64,000 nucleotides of DNA from Takakia lepidozioides (lineage: Eukaryota; Plantae; Bryophyta). The notes below the pieces were generated by a model. It was not told where the DNA came from. It did not search any database and was given only the letters and a program-made list of their open reading frames with translations. The translations under genes and the position numbers were made by a program. The stretch is from positions 11,346,001 to 11,410,000 of the forward strand of contig CM060733.1 in the NCBI GenBank assembly GCA_030704615.1, read 5' to 3'. Within the stretch, counting starts at the first letter, position 1; each line of letters begins with the position of its first letter. Of the stretch, positions 50,501-63,610 are shown piece by piece.

Positions 50501-51615
50501 TACAGCAGACCGACGAATCCAGCCAGCAGATTGCCCCTCAGCAGACCGTGCATCAGACCGACGAATCCAGCCAGCAGATTGCCCCTCAGCAGACTGTGCA
50601 GCACACTGACGAACCCACTCGGCAGATGGCCGAGCAGACTATCCAGGAGACTAACAGCCAGTCTGTTCCCTGGATTGTGCAACAGACTCGGATGCACTGG
50701 CCTCACCGGGACCCTGTGGACGAATTTTTGCTGAGTTCCCAACAACATGTTTTTGGATCTGCCAGTATGAGTGTTTTGATTGAGTCCACTTTTCCCCCAT
50801 GCACATTCACTGACAACGTCATCAGGTCACTGGTAAAGCATTCTTATCCAGCTCCCGGTGGCCTGCCTTCTATGACCTTCCAGGTTAGTCCCATTTTCGT
50901 GCGCTCAGTGGCGAAAGCCATAGATGAGTCTTACGTGATGACCAAACTCAATCTGGGAACGCAAAACCGTATCATAGATCTTACAGAAGAGTCTGAGGAC
51001 GCAATTGCCGGTGGGTCTTCCATACATGTTCTTGATGTTTCCCAAGTCCATGGAGATCCGAACACCCAGCCGGCTGTCCACCAGACTGACCAGCACACTG
51101 AACAGTGGACACATGGAAGGACTGCCGAGCAACCTGTGGCGGGGCAGCATACTGTCTTCATTGATGAGCGGACTAAACCGCAGACTAACCAGCAGACTAC
51201 ACACGTCACAGATGGAAGGACTGACCAGGATGGCTCGGAGCGGCAGACTGCACAGCTCAGTTCTGACTGCACTGTTCAGATTGCATGGCCTGACCAGCAC
51301 ACTGCACACTTCATAGAGGGAAGGACTGACGACCAACCTGCCACCGAGCACATTGCCCACATTGAGGAAGAGATTGAACCACAGAGTTGCCAGCAGACTG
51401 CACAGTTCACAGACGAAAGGACTGACGAAGAACCGGCGGCCGAGCAGACTGCCCACATTGAGCAACAGACTGAACATGCTGGCAGGCACACTGACAAGGA
51501 ATCACATGCGGCGCAGACACCGTCTGGTATAGCGCTGGATTACATGGAGTCTGCTCCCTCACCCCTTGGGCAGGTTGTGCCATTTCCTCTTTCAGCACTG
51601 TTGTTTATGTTTTAG
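47574..51615 (+). CDS. MULE passenger ORFs: C2H-type zinc-finger-like ORF, unknown domain and Gln/Thr-rich repeat region (probably exons of one long gene)
   Basis: ORF 47609..48577 (FCPFCEEVIKDKIQLNRHC, basic NLS-like PRKRK), then 48808..49329, 49212..50291 and 50272..51615 overlapping via frameshifts, with QQTVQQTDESSQQIAP repeats. Confidence 0.55.
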
Positions 51616-52297
51616 CACATTGTGAAATTGGGCTAATTCGACATTTTGCTCGGTATCCTCACAGGATGTTCGTCCCTCCGTTGGCAGACTGTCTACTTCT
51701 GAGGACATGACATCTTCCGCCCATGCTGCAAACGTGGGATCGACAACTAAGAAAGGTGTGGGGATAAGCACACCCCCCGATGTGCGGGTCAGTTCTACGC
51801 ATGCGACCCACGAAGCTACAAAGACAGGTCCAGCAAGTGTAAACAAACTTGCTGACCAGCCTCTGTTGCGAAGTAGGGCGGCAGCGCTGCGTTTGTCTGC
51901 TCTATCCAGCTCGCCTACAGCTGTCCTTGCTTCCCAGGGGAGAGGCAAAGCCAAGAAGCGGACTGTCGTGGACCATGCTGAGGAGGTCGAGGAGGGTCCG
52001 AGTACCAAGAGACCGGCGAAGAAAAAGTTTGGCGTCTTTATGAACAAGAACCGCAAGCTGGCCTTGGACATGGACAAAGATGTCGGTCGTTTCCTGGAGC
52101 AGCACACGTGAGTACTGTGCTCAGTCTCCTCGTCTGTCTTTGTCGTTAAGTGTTTTGCGCTCTGTTGTGGTCAGTCTGCACGCCGGTCAGTCTGCTGCTG
52201 GTTTCATCATTGTCTGTTGTGGTTAGTCTTGTCAGTCTGATGAATTGTTCAGCCTGTAGAATGTTTGGTACCATGTTGACGTCAGTCTGTTTAGTAC

Positions 52298-53249
52298 ATG
52301 AGGCTTCCCGAAGGATGGTCTACTCTGTGCAAGATGGGTGCTCGGTTTGGCAAAACACATGCTCTGCACGTGAAGGCGAGTAATTCCATGCTGATGTTTT
52401 TTGAAGGGGACCCACGGTTTGAATACAGACTGTCGCCGGATGATATAAAGGCGCTCCAGAAGGTTGAGTCGGAGTGCACAGATAGACTCCTAGAGCTGTG
52501 GTGTCGATTTTATGAGAAGTCGGTTGAGGCTGCGTTCACCAACACTATTGCTGTTCTTCCAACGTCGACGTGGACGGTGTTGAAGTCATTGGGGATGGGG
52601 CAACATGAAAGCCTTCTGAAAGGTTGCCTCAGCACTGAACGACTAGGCAAGGACTTGAAAGAGTGCGATTCATTTTGGTGCCAATTGGGGACGAGTAAGA
52701 ACTCTTCCGAGTCTACTGAGACTGTCTCCTGAGTCATAGTCTGGTTTTGCAGTGTCGTCTTGACTCTGAGCGATTAAGTTGACCTCTGTATTTGTGCAGT
52801 GGACTGGGTTGAAGATTGAGTCTGCTGAGTGTCAGTCTGCTTGAGTGAGTTGCCCATCATGATTGCGCCATGTTATTTGATACCATTGCAGGGGGCACTG
52901 GAGTGTTTGTATCATCGACCTCCGCAAGGGCTATTACACTCACCTGAACTCTATCAAGGACTCGCATAAATGTCTCTTTGTTCTAGGGTGGATTCGGAAG
53001 CTTCATGCTGAGTGCTTAAGGTACTTGATGGACTCACCAGAGTGGCATGAGATTGTCCAAGCATTTCAGTTCCACGCGCCTGATGTGCCCAGCACCATTC
53101 AGCTGGGAGTGTGGTTTTACGTCATGTCATTCATTCAAGTGTTTTATGAGTGGGTAAAAGTCAGAGCAAATGTCTCCAAGACTGCAAAGCCAGAGAGAGG
53201 AACACCTTTCACGAAGGACTGGTTTACTTTCAAGTTTGCACTTGGGTAG
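52298..53249 (+). CDS. ULP1-like (peptidase C48) domain within the MULE, locally frameshifted
   Basis: After AG at about 52891: GHWSVCIIDLRKGYYTHLNSIKDSH, then DVP followed by SWECGF in an alternate frame and YVMSFIQ. This matches the His...Asp/Asn...Cys arrangement of C48. Confidence 0.62.
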
Positions 53250-53859
53250 CGAATGCAGTGTGCCCAGTATATCATGCGGGGGTTGGACAATGTAGAGAAA
53301 CTGCTCTCATGAGTATGATGTACTTGTCCTGTAAAGTCTATGTACCGAAATAAAAAATGCGGGTCTTTTTGCTTACTATTCCAGTGGTGATGAGCACTTT
53401 TGTGTACTGTGGGTGCTGGCATGTTTTGTAATGTTGTCACTAAACTCAATGGACACAATGGTGTGTCAATTTTTCCATGCACTGTGCACCCGAGTCTGCT
53501 GAGCTTGAATGTGCGAGCAGTACGCTGCCAAGGCTAGGACTGCTGGGTCTGGTACCTAGTCTGGGAGGCACCATGTCCATAAGTCTGCTGGGACGCTGGA
53601 TTGGCATAAGTTGCAGGGATGAGGTGGAAGTGTGGTGAGCAGACTTTTGGAGTGGGCAGCAGACTGACCAGCAGACTGGCTTACTGGCGCTCGCAGTCTA
53701 TTGACTGTGACTCTGTTGGGAGACTGTGCGTGAGTCCGTTGGGAGACTATGCTTGGGAGACTATGTGGGAGTCAGTTGGGAGACTGGAGGAATCCGTTGG
53801 GAGACTCTGCATTAGTCCATTGCGGATTGTAATTTCAGAAAGGGACAATGCTACCAGAA

Positions 53860-54110
53860 GAATTGCAGACTTATATTGTCTTCTCGTGACACCTACACGA
53901 CATGAAACCTTGTCTCTTTTCGAGGAATTGCAGACTTATATTGTCTTCTTCGTGACACCTACACGATGAAACCTTGTCTCTTTTTGAGGAATTGCAGACT
54001 TATATTGTCTTCTCCGTGACACCTGTACGACGTGAAACCTTGTCTCTTTTTGAGGCATTGCAGACTTATATTGTCTTCTTCGTGACATCTACAAGACCTG
54101 AAACCTTGCG
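53860..54110. repeat. About 66-bp tandem repeat x4 between the convergent MULE genes
   Basis: Unit (GA)ATTGCAGACTTATATTGTCTTCT.CGTGACACCT..ACGA..TGAAACCTTGTCTCTTTT.GAG. Confidence 0.9.
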
Positions 54111-57100
54111 AATTTTCGAGTATATATGTGCTGCAGGTGCAGGTGCAGACACCCTCTTGCTGGTTCTCCGCAAAACCCTAGGCCGGGTTTTCCAGGCCTC
54201 CACGAAATCTCGTCTCCTTTCAGAGACATGTTGTTGTTGTCGTTCAGAGGACGGAAAGCCTTCGCTGCCGCAGGGTGCAACATTCCAGCCGCACTTTTCG
54301 CCAGGATATCAACGAGCTGCCCTCTGCACATATGAAGAGCAGATCGGGCATGTGCCTCTAGGTATTTGTCATCACCTACAATGCGAAGTATGTCCGCGAA
54401 TTCTTGTTCCAATGAGGCTGAGACCTCCAGAGGTGCCTCGTCGTAGGGGAAGTCGTCCGGAGGATGTCTTTCCATGAACTAATTGGATTCGTCGTTGCCG
54501 CCGGCACCATTGCCCAAGAGCAAGTTAGGTAATCCTCCATGAATGGTTCCTAGCGCCGTGCCACAAGCGCGCACAAGGAGGCCATCCTGCAGGTCAGGTG
54601 AAGCATCTTCAGGACACGGACCTGATGCTTGCATAAGTTTCCCTTCATTGCCCATGGGCACGTGCAACAACCCCAATCGCAATTAGGATTGTAATCAATG
54701 TATGTCGTGTCGGGGTGGTTGCTGCTGAGAACGTAGGCTGGTTCACCAGGACCCAAGGGAAGAGTAACACTCTCAGCATGAATGTTCGTGCCGCAAGTAT
54801 AGAACTGGATATGTACTTTTCGTGTTTGTCATTTCTTATGAACCGTGGGTCTTCAAATGGATTGCGTACCAATAGTGTGTTAGCACACGGCCAGTGAGTT
54901 CCCATATAAGCCAGTCCACTCTACGACCACTCATCTTGCCTTTCCCCATGGCAAGTCTTGCCTTCAGATTTCAATGGTATGCCTCAATGCTTGCGTTTGT
55001 GTCTTGGCTCGCATGAGGGACATGGCGGGCTGCTGTACACCACATTGCTATTTTGGGCTTCCAATACTGTTCGATATAGTCAAGAAATTCATGTCCTTTC
55101 GGGTATTTTGACCTCATACGACGGATTCTCCTTGCAACCCACCGAAGCGCTCTTTTCTCATGCGTGGGCCCCCTCTACAGTACATGAGGTCTCCCATATC
55201 CTTTAACAAGTTTACAGCGGCACGGGATCCTTCGTTTTCTTGCATGATTGCTTCACCCATGCCTTGCGGACATGCCAAAGGCAGAGGAAAATGAGTACTC
55301 TTTCAAAAACAATTCTGCACAACACACATGGTACACATTAGAGCCTTGGGATCAGACTGCAATGGTGGACTGCCGGAGTGGACTGTAACAGTGACCTGTA
55401 TCAGCGGGCAGAGCCACTGGACTCGCCCAGTGGACAGTACAATGCCATGACGTTGATGTGCTGGAATAACCCCATTGGACTACCCAGTGGACTTCCCCAT
55501 TGGACTTCCCTAGCTAGGACTGGGGCAGCGGACTGCATCAGCGGACTGCCCCATTGGACTGCCAGCGGACTGCGTGTGGACTTGGCAGCAGGACAGCCGA
55601 CCCCAGGGACTGCTGAGTGGACTTGGCAGCGGACTTGGCAGCGGACTGCCGAGCGGACTTGCCGGGGACTGCCAACGGAACTTGCCAGGGACTGATGAAC
55701 GGACTTGACAACGGACTACAGTGGATTTGCCCAGCGAACTGCCATCGGGTTTCGCCACAGGAGTCTGCCAGTGGACTGTAGCAATGGACTGCTGCAGTGG
55801 ACCTCGACAATGGACCGGTGCTGTGGCCAAACAGACTTACCGAATAGCGTTGATTTCTGCTTTGGCATCGTCCACAATGAAGGCATTGGATGGCCAGCTC
55901 GGCAAATCTGCGAGGAGTGAATCGCGCAAGGCTCTCATCCACGAAATCAGGTCTCTTGTCCGATTCCTCGCAGATAGGATATAGGCAACTGCCACTCGTC
56001 GAAGACCATCAACGTGTATAATGGGAACTGTTGGAATGCACAATGTAAGATGGTCAGAGCATGCAAATTCCGCTCAGTTCTGCACGAGAAGACTTCATAA
56101 GAGTGATGAGGTCTGTAGCGGTTCACACTGGGTCTGCCTCTCGGTCTTCCGCAACGTACACATAAAAACATACAGAAAGGGTCAGCACACCAAATATTAT
56201 GTGAATGTTGCATGGTACTATGCTATCATGCTCGTACAAGTCCATGGAATCGTTCGAATAGTACCTTGTCATGATTGTGCATCGACCGGGTTTGGTCAAT
56301 AGGGATGCGGATGGATTGAGTTGCAATCCATGCACGAGCTAGCAGGATGACATTGGAGCTCGGTGGCATGGTGAGACGGACGAGGAGATGGTGCCGGGAT
56401 GGCATGCATCTGCCTTTTTGTGTATCTTGGCATCGGGAGGTCGGGTTGGATCTACAACAGGGATGACTGTAGATGGAGTGTCTGAGGACCCTGAGGCTAG
56501 TGATGAGCCAGGTGGTGCCAGAGATATACATGAGGATTCTGCTCCTTTCCATAAATAGGTGGGCACTGACCATGAGGTAAGTAGTATCTGATTGGCCACT
56601 GCCAATATAACCAGTCATCTATCACATGCAACGATACGGTCATGTCATAGTTCCAGCATTCGTCGTTTCTGCCACGGAGTCTGTATGCCAATAGTGAATG
56701 TCAAATCTCCATCAAAATGCTCGAATGTGAGCTCTAATTTCTCCTCTTGATAGAAAAAAACGGACGCAGGATTCTGGTCTCTCCACATGGCGCACACTCT
56801 CTGCATCATCGCGTGCTTTTGAAGGTTTGCCACGCACGTTTCTCGCCAAGGTTGCGAACATCTTGCTCCAACAAGAAATCATCGCGGGTCCATGCATCGC
56901 CCAAGCCGGTGTTGTTCATCACGTGCTCTTTATGCTCCATCATGATTTGGGCGACCAACAGGCCTCAGCACAAACACTCGACGACCCAGGCTTTCAATTC
57001 CTCGCTAATGTGTGGTGCATAGGCGTGGCGGGTGTTCCTGAACTCTGCGGACTTCCATGCAAGGGTTTCCCTTGCGCATCTGTATGCTCCATGTTGTTGT

Positions 57101-57774
57101 AGTACGTGAGGACACAGATGTCAGGGGCGAGATAGCATTGCTGGACCTTGAAACAACATTGGCAACCACGTTTGTAAGACTCTCCATACTCCGACTTCTT
57201 TCTCCTTGGGCCTTTATGAGGGCAAGATGTTCCAGCACCCACAAAAGGTCCTCCACGCTTCTGTTTTGGATCCTCCACTATTGCCTTGTTAGTGCGCTTG
57301 TCATCAGGACCGTAGCAGCATTGATACCTGGACAGAAAATTCTAAAATCGATATCCAACGACTTGAGGAAGCATAAAATCAGAGAACTCGTGAAACAAAA
57401 AATGGCAACAGACATGCAATGAAACGTCAAAGGACTGAGGATGGTGCACACATAATACTAGACAGAAATGTGTTGGCTCTGGGTGCTTTTCGCGAGCCGG
57501 GTTCCACTTTAGAATGGACATTCACCCAAAACTGAGTGGGGTAGTCCTCCAGACTCTTCTCTCCCAGAACGAAGTCACCAACTCTATCCCAAGGTATGCA
57601 GGCCTTTTCAACATTCACTCGCACACCCATAAACCCATATTGCGTCTCACTCTTCCAATGGAGATCCTTCCTGTTGAAGGGTCCTGGTTTTGCTGTTTGC
57701 AAACATTGTCGAAGAGGTCGTATAAGCGGGCTTTCCGTGATCAGTATATCATCGGGTTTTGCTTCCACGTCCAT
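54089..57774 (-). pseudogene. Intron-containing MULE transposase with SWIM finger (At1g60560/At4g13970-like family), disrupted
   Basis: IPWDRVGDFVLGE; KRGCQCCFKV...EHTDAQGKPLHG; VFFYQE...FTIGIQTPWQ; FPLYTLMVFD; AFIVDDAKAEINAIR; LCLWHVRKAW; SWIM CTCPWAMKGNLCKH. Contains stops and frameshifts. Confidence 0.85.
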
Positions 57775-58817
57775 GCCCTATACAGTACAAAGGACACGCT
57801 TCTGAACATACAAGAAACGCGCCGCAGTACAAGACACGATCGACAACGTGCCAGGAGAACAGTGCGCACGTTCACGGCTGCTGGCAAGTGGCAGGCGGCA
57901 GGGATGCAGGTTTGAATTGCAGCCCTAAAAAATGGAGGGCTCGGATGGGTTATGGGAATGGACGGTGGCGATCCTGCGCCGTCAGCGGACTGGATGGCAG
58001 GGGACTGGCGGGCAGACTGGCGGACTGGCAGACTGCTGGGTAGCGGACTGACCAGCAGCGGACTCGCAGACTGGAGGGCAGCGGACTCATGGGCGGGGAC
58101 TGGCCGCGCGGCGGACGGGGGGGCGCGGGCGCGGGCGCGGTTGTTGCAGCCGCGCCCGCGGCTGGGCGACAGCGCGCAGCGGCGGGCGGGTGCAGGGAGC
58201 CGGGCATCCGTGCGCGGGGCCCACCGGCCACATCGCACGTGCCCATTGAAGACCTTATTATCTTAAAATGAGAGGCCCTATGTACTAGTTGTACGTGCAT
58301 CATATGTTTTGCAAGTATATTGTATTGAGATTGTGCCTTCAACTGCTCGTTTATAAGAAAATTCATCGGGGCTCCAATCCCCTGTTCTTTAAAAAAGAAA
58401 AACAATTGGTGATATGTTATTACTCTATTATTGTTATTTTTTTCTTACTCCCAAGGCGTAACAATAAAGGAGGGTCGACTGTATACGCTTACTTATATAG
58501 GCTTATAATATAATTTTTTTATGAAACCTAAAATAAAAAGCAGAAACTTAGAGATCAGAAAATACTTATATTTCTAAACAAAATCATTTTTAGATAAAAA
58601 TAAAATTAAAGTGAAATGTTTTTCGCTTTTAAAAATTCATGAGATTTATTACAGCACTAGGTATCACCTTAATACTATCCAAAAATAAACTGAGCCTAAA
58701 ATTTATTTATAATAATTCTGCCAGAAGTGCATATATTTGTAAGTAAATTTATATAAAAATTTAGAATTATAAAGATAAAGATAAAGATAAAACTATAAAG
58801 ATAAGAGCAAGGTTTAA

Positions 58818-59090
58818 CCATGAATTTCCTACCCTAATTTCCCAAGTGACCTGAATCGGGTCACTTTTGAATTTTCAGTTCGACCTAATTTTTGCAGACC
58901 TCTGATGGGGCCCACTTCTGAAGCTTTAATGACAAGGGATTTGTCTCGAGTATACTACAAAAAGAAAAATTTAACAAAAACAAACTACGACCTACAGAAA
59001 ATATCTTAGATCAATAATCACTTTTTGGGCGTGAAAAGGGCTTGTTGACTGCTGATGTGGCAGGTAAACAAGCCCAAAACATGTTTAGGG
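58818..59090. mobile_element. Left end of an element related to the piggyBac-like MITE at 61673
   Basis: About 260 bp (TTCCCAAG..GACCTGAATCGGGTCACTTT...GGTAAACAAGCCCAAAACA) highly similar to 61673-61926. No matching right end was found. Confidence 0.7.
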
Positions 59091-61209
59091 CACGCCGGCA
59101 GCCCACCCAATGGCCCTTATTTTTGGGACGGGTGGGTGGCGCCACGCAGCAAGGGAAAGAGACAGGCGGCTGGGTGGTTGATTTCATGTGTTGGGGCCGG
59201 TGGAGGTTATGAGTGGGTGCAGACACACGCCTCGCTGTATAAAGCGCATCCTAAAACAGAGGAGGATCCCGCATAAGGGATGTCCCCACAACCCATTTTT
59301 CTAGCGTATTGGACTACGTGCTCTAAGCGTCATCACGGCCAACAACAATTGATCCATCACAATGACATAGAGTTAGAATAAGAGAGGGGCATGGAGGGAG
59401 TGAGGATGCCAGGGGAAGGGGCAGGTGCAGGCAGCTGGTAATGGAGCGTCAGTTTCAGGCGCACCTTAAGCAAGGCGGCTATGAAGCATGGGCATTACTG
59501 GACTCAAGCCTGCGCATTGAAGTTGAACTCTATGGTGGGAAGATGAGGAGCTAGGATGGGAGATAGCGCGGCGGCCAAAGAGGGATGGGGTGTGCGATGG
59601 GAGGTGCAATGGCGGCCAACAAACAGCCGAGGTACTTGCCCTACCTTACTTGCTATCCATTTCCAGCCTTCACCTTCATTTATTATGTACATGCATTGCA
59701 TTTAGGGTTTAGATGCTCACAAGTTTAGTTGTCATGGTGTCATGGGCCTTTTTCTTACTTGGCATGCTTTTGGATGTTTCTTCACTTGTGGGTTGCATGT
59801 CAATGGGGCTAGGGATGTCAACATGGTGAGGACCTGCTGCATGTTGGACAATGGGGATGGGTTAAGATCTTGGAATGGGAGCATGTTACTTTTTTTGCCT
59901 TGAAGACTATATGTAATGTGAGTCGGGCTTTTATTGTGGAGTGTCTCTGCGCCTTCATTGTGCTTTCAACTTGCTTTGCTCAGGGCTGTGAAGAGGGAAT
60001 TCTCCACTATATCTCAGAGCTTCAGCTCTTTACCTGCATTATCATTGGAGTCATTAGAGTCAGCTAAGAGTGTTGTTAGAGAGTGGGCAATGAGTGTTCA
60101 ACATGCAAGTGATGAGCAAGTAGAAAAAATCATTGGTTGTTTGTGTGCACTTGTTTTGGAGTCTCTTCATGTACACCCAAGTGTAATCATTGGCCTTTGC
60201 ATCCCTTACCTACAAATTATAGGTATTTTTGGAAGAGACAAGTTACTGAGATACTAGGGTGGACTGAGAGAGGAGAAGAAAGAGACCCTAGGGGTTTTAG
60301 TGAGGAGGTCAATTTCTGCTTGAGAGAGAATGTCTGGCCAGATGGGCCATCTGAGAATGAAGCAATTAGCTCGAGAGAACCCAAGAAAGCAAAAAAGAAA
60401 GGACTGTGCATCCTTCAGAAGCCCCCCTGCTGTAGTCATGACACGCCCAAGGCTGGAAAGCAGCAACAGCCGTAGAATCTCTCTCTTCAATTCACCCAAG
60501 GGCAATGACATCATGAATAGCAAGTACTTTTCCAGATTCAGGCCCCAGTTTTGTTGGATATGCAGAAGCTGAGTCTAAATGCAACTTCCAAAGCCCTGTT
60601 ACATATATTGTGACTCGGGTCTGGAAGGAAGCTGGAAGGTAAGGTTGCATGCTACTCAGTTGCCTAGTTCTAGCTCTATTGTGAGAGATGAAGAGGAGTG
60701 GGTCAATGGTCAAGTGTTGGAGACATATGGTAGGACTGGTGGGGGTCCAAGAATGTTGATTGTGGACTGTGGGCATTATGACATGCATCATGTCTGTTCA
60801 AGTGTGTGTGAGGAGGTGACTTGTAGCTTGTGGAATGTGGAAGCTGCATGGGGGATTCTGTTCCTATGGGAGGAGGTGATGCTAATGTTCAGCCTATGTA
60901 TGTTGGTGATTCTGAGGACGAAGAAGACTTTCATGTTGGTTGGGATGTTGAGGATGATGCCACTTTGGATCTGAATTCATTCTTTGAAAGCCTTAAGAAC
61001 AAACACTGGAATTCTACCCTCACTACCTTTGTTGGCAAAGATAAGGAGAGGTTTGTGGGAGCCTCACCTTCTGGACCAAAAACTTCTTGTAAGCTGCTCC
61101 TCCTCACGTTTTCACGTTTTCAAGTAATTGAGATCAATTACTTAGTCTTGTACTTGTAAATATGATAGATGTCAGATCTGCTATCCAAGCGAAGGCCTGA
61201 ATAGATCTT

Positions 61210-61570
61210 TAAACTTCAAGCAAAAGAGAACCACCGAGTCACTGTGGATGGGTAGTTACAAGAAACCTTGAGGGGTAGATCCTCAACTGGAGGAAGGGGT
61301 CACACAGTTGTTTGAATTAAGAACATCCACTGTGATGAATCCATTTGACAGAGGACCAAGAGAGGGAGTCCACAAGAAATGTTTTGGCACCTATACAAGG
61401 ATGTGAGGAAACTATGTAATTGGTAATTGATGAATCCATTTGACAGAGGACCAAGAGAGGGAGTCCACAAGAAATGTTCTGGCACCTATACAAGGATGTG
61501 AGGAAACTATGTAATTGGTCAGATATAGGGTACAAACTTTAAAGCAAGGAGGCATTTCAGCAGATTCAAA
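61210..61570 (+). pseudogene. Degenerate PDF second half + PPR linker fragment with internal ~92-bp tandem duplication
   Basis: NFKQKRTTESLWMGSYKKP*GVDPQLE...RGPREGVH...TLKQGGISADS; 61333-61423 is duplicated at 61428-61519. Confidence 0.75.
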
Positions 61571-61672
61571 TGGCTACAATATTTTAGTACAACAAAATTT
61601 CAGTATTTCAGTATTTCAATATCTCAATATTTCAGCGAGTTTCTTAGCAAGTATTTCAAGCAAGTATTTTAA

Positions 61673-62494
61673 CCCTTAAGTTCCCAAGACCTGAATCGGG
61701 TCACTTTGAATTTGCAGTTGGACCTAATTTTTGCAGATCTAATCTGATGGGGCCCACTCCTGAAAGCTTTAATGACAAGGGATTTGTCTCGCATATGATG
61801 TAGAAAACAAAGTAAAAAAAAACAAAAGTTACGACCTACAAAAAATATCTTAGATCTGTCATTTACGTTTTTGGCCTGAAAAGGGCTTGTTGACCGCTGA
61901 TGTGTCAGGTAAACAAGCCCAAAACAGATTGCACTCCAAAGGCCATTTTTGGCAGAAAATTAACAATTTTGGAAAAAACACTTTACGTTGTGGTATGTGA
62001 GCATTACATACACACATCCACCATTGGCTTTTAAAAATTTTGTAGAAAAAAAAGTACTTCATTTGGAGGCACATTTTCTCTTGTCAATTTTGAGATTTCA
62101 ACCCCTATGTAATTGCATGCAAAGCAACCATAGGTGAAAAAATCAGTTGGACCTGCATTTTAGTGGGGTCATAGCCACTCCGCTATTGATTTGGAAATGG
62201 TGGGTCTTGGGGCAAGCAAAATTGAATAAAGCTAGGTTTTGATTTGGTCAAACCAATTTCTTTCTCACTTTTTCTTTGGGACCTGATATTTGAGGTCCGG
62301 GCCAATGTTATAATCTCACAATTTCCACGGTGGACTTGGCTCATTTTTTTGGTATGTCATGCATAAATGAGGTGGGCCCACTGCTATGAGGCTGGAATCT
62401 CTAGATGATTTTTGGTAGGATTCTAGGGGTAATTTACTGTAGCTTGGTACCCAGAATTGGTAAAAAGTCAAAAAAAGGCTTGGGAACTTAAGGG
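61673..62494. mobile_element. piggyBac-like non-autonomous element (822 bp)
   Basis: TTAA|CCCTTAAGTTCCCAAG ... CTTGGGAACTTAAGGG|TTAA: perfect 16-bp TIR with CCC/GGG ends and TTAA on both sides. Confidence 0.85.
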
Positions 62495-63610
62495 TTAATA
62501 TTTCAGCTCGTTCTTCAGCAAGTATTTAAGTATTCCAGTTAGTATTTCAACAAGCATTTCAATATTTTAATAATTAGTAAGCCTAAAGATCAGTGTTGTA
62601 ATATCGTAAATCAGTATATAATTCATACATCAATAAAAGTTCCATTAGGGGCCTTTCTATTTTATAAATAAAAATATTTTCCTCTTATGCAGAACAAGTT
62701 TAAAATATATTTTGAATATGTGATTATTTTATGTCAATATTACATTTTGAGGAAATTTTCTACTTAGAGTCTTAGGGTGGAGCCATTACGCGACTAGCCG
62801 CTTGCCACTTGTTAATCCCTCCCTAACTATTAATGTGTTAACCTTGTCTAAATGTTATTTTTTCTCTATTCCCCACCGTTAACACCAATCTAGGGCAGAC
62901 TGTACTCCCCTTTCTTGGTGGTGAAATATATAGTGAATTCTTCTTGTAAAATTATTGTTAAAAATTAGATGTATGTCCTATTTTGTTTCATGTCATTATG
63001 ACTCAAAGTCTGCGGTGTTTTTCCTTTAAATTATTCAACAAAGAGACAGAGAGAAAAACAAAACAAAAAATCTGCTTGTATAGACTTCTGATTTTCTAAG
63101 GATTGTGAAGTGAATAAGGAAAAACAGTTTTGGCTCTTGGCTGGTATGGTTCCTGTCCTCAGCTTTCCTTGAATCCCCCCGCACTGGGGATCCATGGCCC
63201 GATTATCTCTTCTATAGTGCTTCTCTGGTTCTTAGTAGATGGCTCATTCCAGCTTTAGCTTCCCTTAGTTCCCCAATCTATGGACTCATGGCTCAGAGTG
63301 GTATCTCATTCCTCTGCCTTATGGCCTTGTAAGGTTATTTTTTCTTTACCAGTTATTAATAAAGTTCACAGGGCTACAATCCCTTTGTTACTGTTAAAAA
63401 AACAAAAAAAACAAAAAAAAAAAAAACAAGCCTCAAACGGCAATGGGCTCTTTTGCTTTGGCAAAACATAAGGGGAAGTGAGACTAATAAGGGGCATGAC
63501 TCAGCACAACACACCAATGGGAGCCTTGACACGGTGTAAGGTCCTTTGACCATATTTTCTCCATTGACTTCAACATGTTGCAAAGTCTCTCTTCTATAGA
63601 AGAGAGCCAA

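Larger units (their letters stand above)
46345..58276. mobile_element. Mutator-like DNA transposon (MULE), 11.9 kb, structurally complete
   Basis: Long GC-rich imperfect TIRs (46345 to about 46753; about 57919-58276) starting GCCTCTCATTTTAAGATAAT. Perfect 9-bp TSD CCTATGTAC at 46336-46344 and 58277-58285. Confidence 0.95.

Noticed and set aside
53860-54110. CRISPR-like array (also considered for 13550-13960 and 17619-17813)
   Set aside because: The units are tandem repeats or LINE 3' ends without unique spacers, the context is eukaryotic, and there are no cas genes.
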